Made by a program: the position numbers and the translations under genes
Shown: positions 38,802 through 51,256 of the stretch, piece by piece
Layout: the number at the start of each line of letters is the position of its first letter
How positions within the stretch are numbered: the first letter of the stretch is position 1
Notes under the pieces: generated by a model
Told to the model about the DNA's origin: nothing
Databases searched by the model: none
What the model saw: only the letters and a program-made list of their open reading frames with translations
Source of the DNA: Candidatus Magasanikiibacteriota bacterium
GTDB taxonomy: Bacteria; Patescibacteriota; Patescibacteriia; Magasanikbacterales; GWA2-37-8
DNA: 64,000 bases
Assembly (NCBI GenBank): GCA_026396515.1
Contig: JAPLWQ010000002.1
Span: 125,575-189,574 of the forward strand
Direction of reading: 5' to 3'

Positions 38802-39679
38802 CGGGCGAAAATTCCGCAGGGCAATAAACGCTCCGTATCCCGTTCGCGGATAGTCAAAGCGCCTTTTTCAATTTCTCCGACATCGCCTATTAAATCTTTC
38901 AACGCATTTTCATAGGCAATAGCTGAGTAGCCGGACGAATAACCGTTTACCAGGAAAAATACGGGCTTATCCGACAGAAGTTGTTTGCACAAATCAAGCA
39001 GTTCCAAAAAATTTTCTTCAATTTTCCACACTTCGCCTTCAGGGCCATGCCCATATGCCGGCGGATCCAGAATTATTCCGTCATACTTATGCCCACGCTT
39101 AATTTCACGTTTTACAAATTTTACCACATCCTCAACAATCCAGCGCGTCGGCTTATCCTGTAAATTGTTCAATTCCGCATTTTCTCGAGCCCATGTTACG
39201 GCCACTTTTGAACCGTCGACATGGCACACTTTGGCGCCGGCCTTGGCGCAAGCAAGGGTCGCTCCGCCGGTATAGCCAAACAAATTCAACACTTCGAGCG
39301 GCCGTTTTGACACCTGAATTATTCCTGAAAGCCAATACCAATTGCTTGACTGTTCAGGAAACAAGCCGGTGTGTTTAAAAGAGGTCGGTTTGACCCAAAA
39401 TTTTAAGCCCTGTAAATCTACCGTCCATTTTTTTGCGACATTATCTTTCATTTTCCACTCGGTTGATTTTCCGTCGCGCAAAAATATCGCGTCTGCCTTC
39501 CCCCATTCCCTTGCCGATAATTTCTTTTTCCAAAGAGCTTGAGGGTCAGGGCGAGACAAAACATACTCGCCATATTGTTCCAATTTCTCGCCATCTCCTG
39601 AATCCAAAAGTGCGTATTGCGAATCAGGGCAAACAGCTAAAATATTTGGATTTTTCATTTTTATTCTTTCACAGAGCAT
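38789..39679 (-). CDS. SAM-dependent RNA methyltransferase (RlmI/RlmK-like, DPPAY motif)
   Basis: 296 aa. LNLFGYTGGATLACAKAGAKVCHVD (motif I) and ILDPPAYG (motif IV). Confidence 0.55.
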   Translation of the reverse strand: MLCERIKMKNPNILAVCPDSQYALLDSGDGEKLEQYGEYVLSRPDPQALWKKKLSAREWGKADAIFLRDGKSTEWKMKDNVAKKWTVDLQGLKFWVKPTSFKHTGLFPEQSSNWYWLSGIIQVSKRPLEVLNLFGYTGGATLACAKAGAKVCHVDGSKVAVTWARENAELNNLQDKPTRWIVEDVVKFVKREIKRGHKYDGIILDPPAYGHGPEGEVWKIEENFLELLDLCKQLLSDKPVFFLVNGYSSGYSAIAYENALKDLIGDVGEIEKGALTIRERDTERLLPCGIFARWRV

Positions 39680-39683
39680 AATT

Positions 39684-40640
39684 TTAGATTAATATTTTTT
39701 TAAGAATTTTCCCCAATTTTATGTCGCACAATCCCCCGCCGGAACGTTCTAAATCAGTACTGATAATTTTATGATTTTTTAAATATTCACGATCAAAATC
39801 AAAAATGCCCCATTTTCGTTCTCTATAGAATTTCTTTTCCACTCCTTTTGGCTTATGGCTATTATGAATTAAGCAAAAAATCTGGCGCGGTAAATATTGT
39901 TCCAACTGCCATACAAAATCGCTTAATCGTTCCGGTCCCGTTTCTCCGTCTAACCGATAGGCGTTCCCGACAACGTAAACTAATTCCGCTTTGGTTTTTT
40001 TTAGCACCTCAAACATACCACCGGGCAATAAGGTTGCGATAATACTAGTATATAGACTGCCCGGACTTAAAATTATATAATCAGCCGATTTGATTGCTTT
40101 GGCCGCTTCCGGATTAATTCTGCATTTTGGTTCAAGCCAAATTTTTTTTATTTTTGACCCGTGGTTGTATCTCGGTTCATCAATAAAAGCTTCTGTTCTG
40201 ACGATCTGGCCGTTAACCAGTTGGGCGACCAAATCGACCGGCCTTACTGTCACGGGATAAACACGGCCGACTGTTTCTACGCTTTGCGACAGCGCATCCA
40301 GCGCTTTGGTGAAACTGTCGCAATATTTGGCGATTAAAGTCAAAAATAAATTTCCCAAATTGTGTCCTTTCAATTTTCCCTGGCAACTGAAACGCGGCTG
40401 ATAAAAAATCTGGCGCAACACCGGATAATCGTATTTAGACAACGCCAGCACCGCCCGCATAATATCACCCGGAGGTAGAGTACCAAGTTCTTTTCGCAGT
40501 CGGCCGCTCGAACCGCCGGAATCGCTCATGGAGATTACGGCAGAAATATCAAAATTCTCCAAATAGTGCTTTAGAGAAACCAATGTAACGGCCGAGCCGT
40601 TCCCCCCGCCGATAACGACAACTTTGGTCTTCTTCTTCAC
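39684..40640 (-). CDS. YvcK/CofD-family (UPF0052, gluconeogenesis factor-like) protein
   Basis: 318 aa. N-terminal VVVIGGGNGSAVTLVSL...MSDSGGSSGRLR. Confidence 0.6.
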   Translation of the reverse strand: MKKKTKVVVIGGGNGSAVTLVSLKHYLENFDISAVISMSDSGGSSGRLRKELGTLPPGDIMRAVLALSKYDYPVLRQIFYQPRFSCQGKLKGHNLGNLFLTLIAKYCDSFTKALDALSQSVETVGRVYPVTVRPVDLVAQLVNGQIVRTEAFIDEPRYNHGSKIKKIWLEPKCRINPEAAKAIKSADYIILSPGSLYTSIIATLLPGGMFEVLKKTKAELVYVVGNAYRLDGETGPERLSDFVWQLEQYLPRQIFCLIHNSHKPKGVEKKFYRERKWGIFDFDREYLKNHKIISTDLERSGGGLCDIKLGKILKKILI

Positions 40641-40648
40641 AATATAGA

Positions 40649-41092
40649 TTAAATGCTTATATTGATATTCACTATATGCCCCTTAAACACATCCACCTGA
40701 TAATAGATTTTATTTTTTTCTTCCGGGAAATATAGCCGATAGGCACTGCTTGCATTCACTACCTGCATCGTAAACATGCCGTTTTCGTCCGTTTTTGCGT
40801 TTAAACTTGATTGAGCGGCGGCAATCACTATATTTGGAACCGGTTGCCCCTTGCGGGTTACTTTTCCCGTAATTTGCGCTCCGCCGTCGCTTGTCGGAGA
40901 ATATGTTCCATAAATATAATTAACTTTGTCGCCTGCGTTTATTGTATCCGGTTGAAGTAAAATCTCCGCTTCTTTCTGGCCTTCACTCAATGAAACATTG
41001 CCAGAGCCGGCATAACCGTTAATTTTGGGAACATAAAATTCGCGATAATTTGGCGGTACTTGCGCGACACCATTCTGATCGGCGTAGAACAT
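40649..41092 (-). CDS. Hypothetical beta-rich protein (carboxypeptidase-regulatory-like domain?)
   Basis: 147 aa (ENGMFTMQV motif). Frame remains open upstream across an A6 run into the preceding lipoprotein gene region, so this may be the frameshifted C-terminal part of one gene. Confidence 0.4.
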   Translation of the reverse strand: MFYADQNGVAQVPPNYREFYVPKINGYAGSGNVSLSEGQKEAEILLQPDTINAGDKVNYIYGTYSPTSDGGAQITGKVTRKGQPVPNIVIAAAQSSLNAKTDENGMFTMQVVNASSAYRLYFPEEKNKIYYQVDVFKGHIVNINISI

Positions 41093-41109
41093 CGCACTGG
41101 AATACGGAA

Positions 41110-41427
41110 TTACAATCGGCGCGCCAGGAACTGGTTTTTTGTCACGCTATTTATTATCGTTACTTTTGTTTGTGATACTTTCGGCTGCTCAACCTCTGTC
41201 GTATTTGTTTTCTCACTCGTTGTGACATTTGTAGCGTTAGAAGGTGACGCTACATTTATATCAGGGTTATTTACCCCTATTACATTACCCGACGCATCTC
41301 TTTGCACCATTACCAAATCTTCCGCTGACTGATTGTTTTCACAACCGGCCAAAAATACCGAACCGGAAACCACAAAAATTAAAATTAAATATTTCATAAA
41401 TATATTATTTAGGTACATGTTGCCCAA
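41110..41427 (-). CDS. Small lipoprotein (lipobox LAGC)
   Basis: MKYLILIFVVSGSVFLAGC... Thr/Asn-rich mature part. Confidence 0.5.
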   Translation of the reverse strand: MGNMYLNNIFMKYLILIFVVSGSVFLAGCENNQSAEDLVMVQRDASGNVIGVNNPDINVASPSNATNVTTSEKTNTTEVEQPKVSQTKVTIINSVTKNQFLARRL

Positions 41428-41951
41428 TAAAACGGACTCTTGATAACACCATTATCAAATATCCAGTTGCTATATGGGTCATTGTATTCACTGCACTGTG
41501 CCACGATATTAACTGTCGTCGGGCATTTATAAGAATCAACGTAGCCTTCATTTACATTCATTTTACAGTTCGCCAATTCTCTTGGTTCATTTCTTGACGC
41601 ACCGGATACTTGAACTGAAACTTTTGACATATCAGGCATAACAACCATACACTGACCTAGGCAATCTTCTTTTGTACGGCATGTTTTACCGGCATCCGAC
41701 AATTTATGTAGGCAGGTATTGCCACACGATGTTCGTTGCATTTTTCCTCCGGATATGGCACAACGTGCATCAATAGTTTTTCCAACAATAAGCACGCCCA
41801 AAGCGATAGGCGCCTGCATCATAAATTTTACAGGGCCCATTTGCCCTCTCACATTCTTATCTACTAACGGATAAACAACCAACATGCTGCCAACATCAAT
41901 TATTACCAAGACCGCCAATATAATTAACGTGATTTTAAAACCTTTACTCAT
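41409..41951 (-). CDS. Membrane-anchored Cys-rich protein, paralogue 3 of a tandem triplet
   Basis: 180 aa. N-terminal MSKGFKITLIILAVLVII TM. Conserved Cys pattern shared with the two upstream paralogues (C..SGGK....CG..C.HKL.DAGK.C....DC.G.C.....DMSKV...........EP.EL.NCKM......V.SY.CP..V.I.A.CS.Y...). Confidence 0.6.
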   Translation of the reverse strand: MSKGFKITLIILAVLVIIDVGSMLVVYPLVDKNVRGQMGPVKFMMQAPIALGVLIVGKTIDARCAISGGKMQRTSCGNTCLHKLSDAGKTCRTKEDCLGQCMVVMPDMSKVSVQVSGASRNEPRELANCKMNVNEGYVDSYKCPTTVNIVAQCSEYNDPYSNWIFDNGVIKSPFYWATCT

Positions 41952-41964
41952 ATAAAAATAATCA

Positions 41965-42429
41965 CTAAATTGCCCACGTATATGGGCTAATAATTAAACC
42001 ATTATCATATGTCCAGGGCGAAACTTGCTCAAAATATTTACTGCATTCTGCAACAATTTTTACGCTTGGCGGGCATTGATATGAATTAATTAAACCGCCA
42101 GATGACCCCATTTTACAATTTACCAACTCTTTAGGCTCATATCTTTTTTTGTCGCTTGTTAGACTTGTAACCTTGGACATATCCGGCTCAATAACCTGAC
42201 AAAATCCCTTACAGTCTTTATTGTTTTGGCACGGTTTACCCGCATCGCCTAATTTATGAAGGCACGTCTTCACACAAGCAATTCCACATTGCTCAACATA
42301 TTTTCCGCCAGTCACCCAGCATGTTGCGCCGCGCAACGGCTTCAAATTCCAGGGTTTATAAAACCACAAACCTGCGCCGACAGCTAAAATAATGATAATT
42401 AATAGCGACACTTTAAAACCTTTGCTCAT
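41965..42429 (-). CDS. Membrane-anchored Cys-rich protein, paralogue 2
   Basis: 154 aa. MSKGFKVSLLIIIILAVGAG... The same 10-Cys framework. Confidence 0.6.
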   Translation of the reverse strand: MSKGFKVSLLIIIILAVGAGLWFYKPWNLKPLRGATCWVTGGKYVEQCGIACVKTCLHKLGDAGKPCQNNKDCKGFCQVIEPDMSKVTSLTSDKKRYEPKELVNCKMGSSGGLINSYQCPPSVKIVAECSKYFEQVSPWTYDNGLIISPYTWAI

Positions 42430-42452
42430 AAAATATCAAAAAAATTAATAAT

Positions 42453-43022
42453 TTACATTCCCATATACTCCCGGTTTAAATTTACCGTTCCGTTTTCATA
42501 ACTCCAATATAATTCATTTCCGCTATAATCGTATTTTTGACAAGTTGATTGAATTTGTACCGTCGAAGGGCACACATATGACCTTAGAACAGGGTTAATG
42601 CCCAATTCATCTTTGGTTAAGGTAATTTTTCGACAATTAATTAAAACAGTCGGCTCAAGATCGGAAATTTCTCCGGTTATTTTATCTCGCGCAGGAACTG
42701 GCAAATTCGCAATGCATTTGCCATCACACTCTTTTGAACTTGCGCATGCTTTCCCGGCGTTCTTGTTTGCCCGATCACATATGCTACCACAGCTTATTCC
42801 GCAATTACTGACGACCTTACCCCCGGTCACCACGCAGAATACATTCGATATTTTCTTAATTCCTTCGATAACGAGTATAATTGGAGCCTTAATTATAGCT
42901 TCTCCCATATTCTTAACACTGCCCTCGTTCTTAATTTCCTTTACAGCTAATGCTAAACCGATAACAACTAATAAGGACACAGCCACCAAAATAATTAATA
43001 TCTTTTTAAAAGACGAACTCAT
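42453..43022 (-). CDS. Membrane-anchored Cys-rich protein, paralogue 1
   Basis: 189 aa. MSSSFKKILIILVAVSLLVV... More divergent but with the same Cys spacing (CVVTGGK...CG.SCGSIC...AGKAC...ECDGKC...NCRK...YVCPSTVQI.STC). Confidence 0.55.
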   Translation of the reverse strand: MSSSFKKILIILVAVSLLVVIGLALAVKEIKNEGSVKNMGEAIIKAPIILVIEGIKKISNVFCVVTGGKVVSNCGISCGSICDRANKNAGKACASSKECDGKCIANLPVPARDKITGEISDLEPTVLINCRKITLTKDELGINPVLRSYVCPSTVQIQSTCQKYDYSGNELYWSYENGTVNLNREYMGM

Positions 43023-43024
43023 AT

Positions 43025-43828
43025 TTAAAATTTATTAATATTATGCGCTTTTTCCAAATGCTCTTTGGTGTTAACGCCGACCGCTTCGAGCGGATCAATA
43101 TTTACTGACGACAGCGGAACGCCGGTGTCAAAAGCGATTTTTACCAGGTCGGTCAAATACAACTCGCCCGCAGCATTATTATTTTTTAAATTCTTCAGGT
43201 TTTTCCAGAGCCATTCGGCATTAAAACAAAAAAAGGCCGAATTCAGTTCCATAACATTCAATTCCGCCGGACTGGCATCCTTTTTCTCAACTATCCTAAT
43301 AATATCCCCGTTTTCATCCCGGATAATCCGGCCGAAATCATAAAACTGCGCCCGCCAATCGCGAAAATCCGGCACCGTAACCGTCGCCAGCGTTAACATA
43401 TTGCTTCGCGACATATGGTCATCGATCAAATTATTAAGTGAAGCGGCTTTGATAAACGGCATGTCGCCATAAAGCACAATAACGCATTCGACCTTCCCAT
43501 TGAGCGCGCCCTCTGCCATTTGAACCGCGTGCCCCGTGCCGAGGCGCTCCGTTTGGACAGCATAGTCTGCCCGGCCGCTCAAATAATCGCGCACCAGATT
43601 ACTGTCATCTGCAACTACCACAACGGGTTTAATTTTTAGTTCTTCAGCCACGTTGACTACATAATCAATAAGTGGCCGCCCGCGCAAAGGGTGCATCACT
43701 TTCGGTAATTCGCTCTGCATCCTTTTTCCTTTTCCCGCAGCAAGGACAACAATGCCAATTTTATTTATATCAACCATAATTATTTTGACTGCAAATAATT
43801 CTTTATATCGTTTAAGGATTTGAACCAC
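43025..43828 (-). CDS. UDP-N-acetylglucosamine pyrophosphorylase, GlmU uridyltransferase domain only (no LbH acetyltransferase domain)
   Basis: 267 aa. IVVLAAGKGKRMQSELPKVMHPL, LGTGHAVQ, NNNAAGELYLTD match GlmU N-terminal motifs (E. coli LAAGKGTRMYSDLPKVLH, LGTGHAMQ, NNNAQGEYYITD). Confidence 0.75.
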   Translation of the reverse strand: MVQILKRYKELFAVKIIMVDINKIGIVVLAAGKGKRMQSELPKVMHPLRGRPLIDYVVNVAEELKIKPVVVVADDSNLVRDYLSGRADYAVQTERLGTGHAVQMAEGALNGKVECVIVLYGDMPFIKAASLNNLIDDHMSRSNMLTLATVTVPDFRDWRAQFYDFGRIIRDENGDIIRIVEKKDASPAELNVMELNSAFFCFNAEWLWKNLKNLKNNNAAGELYLTDLVKIAFDTGVPLSSVNIDPLEAVGVNTKEHLEKAHNINKF

Positions 43829-44418
43829 GGAATTTTACTTCTTTCACAATCCTCTTCGTTCCAATATGAATAATTATACAAGGTCAGAACATCTACTCCG
43901 GCAAAGTGATTTTTTATCACCATGTTCTCCTCCAAATTATCATTTATAAATAGTATTTTTTCATTTTTTACGATTGATGCTATGACTTGATCCTTCCCTC
44001 CGGCAATTTGGACAACTTCATCAAACATTTTGTCCGCGCCGATAGCTTCAACTTTCCTTTTTTGAAATTCTATAGTTCCGGCAGTAAGTAAAATTACTTT
44101 GGCACAAATTGTTTTTAAGTACCTGATAAAACCACCCGCATCCGATAATAAATAATCATTATTTAGAAGATTATTCAAATCATTCAAAATATTTTCAGAA
44201 ACTTCATAGCCAAATTCTCTCACCGCTTCAATTTGTTTCTCAAAAGTGTAGTGAAAATATCCCGGTGTCGGCAACTCTGCCGCACGACGATATGCTTTAA
44301 TAAATTGTTCGTGATTAATGCCGAATGGCTGAAACAATTTATATATATCTTCTTTCAATTTTCTGGTGTCATAGATAGTATCGTCCAAATCAACGAAACA
44401 GACATCATATTTGATCAT
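43780..44418 (-). CDS. HAD-superfamily hydrolase
   Basis: 212 aa. Motif I CFVDLDDTIYDT. Confidence 0.6.
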   Translation of the reverse strand: MIKYDVCFVDLDDTIYDTRKLKEDIYKLFQPFGINHEQFIKAYRRAAELPTPGYFHYTFEKQIEAVREFGYEVSENILNDLNNLLNNDYLLSDAGGFIRYLKTICAKVILLTAGTIEFQKRKVEAIGADKMFDEVVQIAGGKDQVIASIVKNEKILFINDNLEENMVIKNHFAGVDVLTLYNYSYWNEEDCERSKIPWFKSLNDIKNYLQSK

Positions 44419-44509
44419 AAAGCCACTTTTTGATAAAGAATATTAGCTAAAATTAGCCATTAATTAACCGTTTTCGCAACTGTGGACAAGGTGTGCACAA
44501 AACCCAATA

Positions 44510-45388
44510 TTATGCGACAACATCGCAGATTTCCCTGAATCTTTCACTGGCAATTGTATCCAAAAAACGCAATCTGTCAGCATCGTTATCATAATTAGCC
44601 ACTTCCTGCCAAATTGCTCTTCCCGCCAAGAATCCAACTGCGCCATTGGCATATGCAATTTTTAATTGTTCAAGAAAAACCTCATATGGTTCACCTCTGG
44701 TTAGTAAAATCCATGGCGTTCCATTTAGCATCGCCGTAATTTTTTTGCACGACTCTTCATCACCGGGATATTCCAATTTAAATACATCGGGAATAATATT
44801 TGCTTTTATAAACGCATCAACAGAGCGCAAAACCCACTCAGACCTGTCTTTGGCCAGCGCTTCATTGCCATAGGTAACAATTTCTAAAAATAATGGCAAA
44901 TTTGAAACACGGCAATCGTTCAAAACTTTTTTTGCCGTCTCCAGCTGTGCGGAGCAACTCAATGCTTCGGGGTTAAAATAAAGTAAAATCTTTATACCGC
45001 CGGCTCCCATTTCTTTTAGTTGCTGAACCGAATATTCAAGCTGGGTCGTCCTCTCACCTTTATCTTCCGAGTACCCGGTTTTTTCGATACAGAGCAAATA
45101 TGGCTTATCCGGATTTTCAAACGACTTTAAACCCCAATCTGGATCAATAAGAACGCCTGAAAAATTTTCTCGGGTCGCGTTGATGATCATTTTTTTTACC
45201 TGAATTAGCTGTTCATCCGTAACCGAATCCGGATTAGCCTTATTAACGAATTTTTTAAAACTGCCCCGATGATCAAGGGCAAGCATCAGATACTTTCCAT
45301 TTTTTTGAAATTGCTCAAGCATATGTAATAGATGATTACTTATCGCCGTTCCATTCGGCGATAAATTCTTCAATAAATTGTTCAACAA
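44510..45388 (-). CDS. Class I aldolase, tagatose-1,6-bisphosphate aldolase (LacD)-like
   Basis: 292 aa. LALDHRGSF, LIDPDWG, EKTGY, KILLYFNP, PLFLEIVTYG parallel LacD motifs (LAFDQRGAL, LLDPEYG, EKTGY, KFLLYYD, PFYLEILTYD). True start may be the internal Met (MLEQ, ~45322), which avoids overlap with the HD gene. Confidence 0.55.
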   Translation of the reverse strand: MLNNLLKNLSPNGTAISNHLLHMLEQFQKNGKYLMLALDHRGSFKKFVNKANPDSVTDEQLIQVKKMIINATRENFSGVLIDPDWGLKSFENPDKPYLLCIEKTGYSEDKGERTTQLEYSVQQLKEMGAGGIKILLYFNPEALSCSAQLETAKKVLNDCRVSNLPLFLEIVTYGNEALAKDRSEWVLRSVDAFIKANIIPDVFKLEYPGDEESCKKITAMLNGTPWILLTRGEPYEVFLEQLKIAYANGAVGFLAGRAIWQEVANYDNDADRLRFLDTIASERFREICDVVA

Positions 45389-45995
45389 ATTTTATGCGGT
45401 GTTCAGCTATTTTTTTAGCTGCTTCCGTATTCAGCATCCGGGGTAATTTCAGTACTTTTTCATAAAAATGATTAATGCTGGTGCCGTCCTGTTTTCTAAA
45501 CTGGTAATCCGCCCTGTTTAGATGTCCCCTAGGCTTTTTTTGAGGATCATGCAATATGCGTTTTAAATTACCGCCGGTGGCAAATGTCCGCGCGACACCA
45601 ATCGCTCCAATACTATCCAGCCAATCGGCGTCTTGAAGTATTTGCCCTTCTTTTGACCTTGGCCTCGTGGTTTCATCACCCAGAAATTGTGACTCATCGA
45701 TAACTTTAACCAACTCTTCTTTTAAATCATCTTCAATCCCCAGCACGTCCATCATACCGCGAAGTATAAAAGAACCCTTTATTTCATTGAACTCATACTG
45801 TTTATAATCTCCGAGGTCGTGGAGGAGCGCTGCGAGTTCAATTAATCTCAAATCGCCCCCTTCTTTCTCTTGTATATTTTTCGCCGTCTGCCAAACCCGC
45901 TGAATATGATACCAATCGTGGCCGGTGTGTTCCCCGGTCATTTTCGCCTTTACATAGGCGGCCGCTTTATCAATTAAACCCTGATCAATCTGCAT
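45336..45995 (-). CDS. HD-domain phosphohydrolase
   Basis: 219 aa. H...HD motif (HDWYHIQRV...LAALLHDLGD). Confidence 0.6.
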   Translation of the reverse strand: MQIDQGLIDKAAAYVKAKMTGEHTGHDWYHIQRVWQTAKNIQEKEGGDLRLIELAALLHDLGDYKQYEFNEIKGSFILRGMMDVLGIEDDLKEELVKVIDESQFLGDETTRPRSKEGQILQDADWLDSIGAIGVARTFATGGNLKRILHDPQKKPRGHLNRADYQFRKQDGTSINHFYEKVLKLPRMLNTEAAKKIAEHRIKFVEQFIEEFIAEWNGDK

Positions 45996-46111
45996 ATATT
46001 TAAGGGCTAAACTATATGTTCATCTTATCATTTTCTTGCTAAAAAATGAAGTGTCTTCTCCCGATACAAAACACCGTGATATTTAGATATTTGGGTACAA
46101 AAAAACTGAGT

Positions 46112-46226
46112 ACAAGGTTCAGGCGCCGGCCTACTTTTGCGGGTTACGCTATCATCGGCGCTGGCAGGCTTAACTGCCGAGTTCGGGATGGGATCGGGTG
46201 TGACTCTGCCGCTCAAGGCACCTGAA
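46112..46226 (-). rRNA. 5S ribosomal RNA
   Basis: Minus strand contains CCCAUCCCGAACUCGGCAGUUAAGCCUGCCAGCGCCGAUGAUAGCG (5S loop B/C core). Flanked by an extended inverted repeat (processing stem). Confidence 0.8.
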
Positions 46227-46294
46227 CTTTGTACTCAGTTTATATCCCGATTTATTCGTCGGGATTTTAATAGCTCAATTTCAAAAACAGAATC

Positions 46295-49295
<3,001 letters not shown>

Positions 49296-49751
49296 ACAAC
49301 GAAAACACCAAACAGTGTTTTGTTGCGTTCTACCCAGCAGTTCATCCCACCGTAGCGGGATAAAATCTGCTTTTTTTGTTGAGCTATCTAGATTGTCAAC
49401 GTGCCATCCGTTTCCTACCTCATTGCTCATGCCAATAATTTAGCCTGAGTGTGAGATAAAAAAATGAGCCGCGACAAGCGACTCAATTTTTGTGAGTTTG
49501 AACCGCTTGGATACTATGAGTAAGATTTGAGTTGTTTGATAATGTTTAACATTACCTGTCTTTTACAATTGAGTAAAAGTCTTACCCAGAGGTCCAGGCG
49601 GATACGATATGTATCCATGTGATTGGACGTGGTCCCCGAAGGGGTTTTAATCGTAGGCACATATTAACAGAGTATAAAAAAGTTGTCAAGAGCCATAAAT
49701 GGGACAGAATGTGGATAAATATATTGGCTTTTTTTAACTAGAAATGGCCCT

Positions 49752-49792
49752 AAAAAAGAAAAACCGGCTGGCGCTAGAAGCGGACAGCCGGT
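49752..49792 (-). terminator. Rho-independent terminator at the edge of GC island 3
   Basis: Minus strand AACCGGCUGUCCGCUUCUAGCGCCAGCCGGUU hairpin plus UUUUUCUUUUUU. Confidence 0.65.
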
Positions 49793-49816
49793 TGAATGAA
49801 GGAACGAAAAATCTCT

Positions 49817-50311
49817 CTACTGAATAAGCACATTCATGTCGTCGCAAAAGTTGAAGGAACCGAAGGTGTCACCCAGCAAATCGGAGCAGGTGTACTGGAG
49901 CAGGTCGCCCTCGCCCAAGTAGACGCTGATCACGAGCTGGTCGCCCTTGCCGAAGGTTGCGATCTCATTGTCGTCGCCGTCCGGCCAGAGACAGTTCTCA
50001 ACCACTAACCCTCCGGTGGTGTCGTTGTCCACGGAAACGATCACCGTGGCATCGTTACCGTTTTCGAACTGGACTTCGATACCCTCACCGTGTTCGAAAA
50101 CAAACCGGACAAGCACCGAGCAGACCTCCACCTCGGCGTACTCGCGGTCAGAACCGCTCGTGTCTGCATCGGCTTCGTCGCCCTGCGTGGTGTTAATCAC
50201 CGTTGTCTCCGGCTCCGGGACGATATCCTGCACGCCGCATGACACGGCACAGACGATCCCGAGGAACATCCAGGCGCGAAAAACGTACTGCATGAGGTCG
50301 TAAATTCGCAC
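49817..50311 (-). CDS. Putative lipoprotein, acidic (GC island 3)
   Basis: GAGGAG SD 7 nt upstream of a GTG start (MRIYDLMQYVFRAWMFLGIVCAVSCG). Signal peptide with lipobox-like AVSC. Asp/Glu-rich mature domain. The ORF-track N-terminal extension to 50371 is unlikely. Confidence 0.5.
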   Translation of the reverse strand: MRIYDLMQYVFRAWMFLGIVCAVSCGVQDIVPEPETTVINTTQGDEADADTSGSDREYAEVEVCSVLVRFVFEHGEGIEVQFENGNDATVIVSVDNDTTGGLVVENCLWPDGDDNEIATFGKGDQLVISVYLGEGDLLQYTCSDLLGDTFGSFNFCDDMNVLIQ

Positions 50312-50464
50312 GATTTTTCTCCTCTCTTTTTTACGGCCATTTGGCCGTTTCGTTGATAGTAAAAGGAACAAAGAATAGTATCACGAATTATCGGAATTGT
50401 CAACCACTATGAAAAGAACAAGCCCGGCATGAGTAGCCGGGCTTGGGAAATGAACGAGAATGAA

Positions 50465-51034
50465 TCAAACGTGCGGGAAGAAAGACTGTCCGATGCAGTC
50501 CGGTTCGCCGTTGTTTTTCAAACAGCAGGCGGGTGTGAACGGATAATGTGTCGGACAGGCCGGCGGCGGGTAGTTTGAGCCGCAAGCGGGTAGGGTATCA
50601 GCCCAATTCCACTCCACCGGAGACCAGTAATCACAGCCGCCGAGATCAAACGAATCGCAACTCAACTCTTCGGACGGACCGTCATCCCAGCAGTACCAGA
50701 ACTGATCGGATCCGGGATAGGTCGGCGGATAGCAGGTATGCGTCTCATAGCCGCAAACCTCTTCCTCGCCGCACTCATCGGCCGTCTCGCAGACTGTAGG
50801 CTCGGTATCGGTGTCTGTGTCGGTGTCGGAACCAGCATCGGCGTCCGTATCCGAATCAGAGTCCGTATCCGTGTCGGAGTCAGTGTCGATATCGGAGTCC
50901 GTATCGGAATCAATGTCGGAATCGGTGTCCGAGTCCGAATCGCCGTCACTGCTTGCGTCTGCTACTGTGTACTCTTGTTGGACCCCACAACCAAGAACCA
51001 GAACTGAACATACGAGGACAAATGTGTTACGCAT
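50465..51034 (-). CDS. Lipoprotein with (Ser-Asp/Thr-Asp)n acidic repeat and Cys-rich C-terminal domain (GC island 3)
   Basis: 189 aa. MRNTFVLVCSVLVLGCG lipobox, then DSDSDTDSDIDSDTDSDIDTDSDTDTDSDSDTDADAGSDTDTDTDTE. C-terminal 16-Cys domain (CETADECGEEEVCGYETHTCYPP...CCLKNNGEPDC). Own hairpin terminator at ~50420-50445. Confidence 0.65.
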   Translation of the reverse strand: MRNTFVLVCSVLVLGCGVQQEYTVADASSDGDSDSDTDSDIDSDTDSDIDTDSDTDTDSDSDTDADAGSDTDTDTDTEPTVCETADECGEEEVCGYETHTCYPPTYPGSDQFWYCWDDGPSEELSCDSFDLGGCDYWSPVEWNWADTLPACGSNYPPPACPTHYPFTPACCLKNNGEPDCIGQSFFPHV

Positions 51035-51173
51035 CGCTTTCCCCTTTGTAAAAGGCCGTTGTTTTAGCCATTTGTTTCTTCTTCTGCGAACTTGAAACTA
51101 TACTACAAATTAACGTAAACGTCAATCACTCGTGACTAATTCAACAAAAAATCGCCACAGGTAGCCTAGCGTG

Positions 51174-51256
51174 TGCCGGAGAGAGGACTCGAACCTCCAA
51201 TCCCTTTCGGGAACATGCTCCTAAGGCATGCGTGTCTACCAATTTCACCACCCCGG
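51174..51256 (-). tRNA. tRNA-Leu (anticodon TAG), long variable arm
   Basis: Minus strand GCCGGGGUGGUGAAAUUGGUAGACACGCAUGCCUUAGGAGCAUG...GGUUCGAGUCC...CUCCGGCA. Anticodon loop CUUAGGA. Confidence 0.75.
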
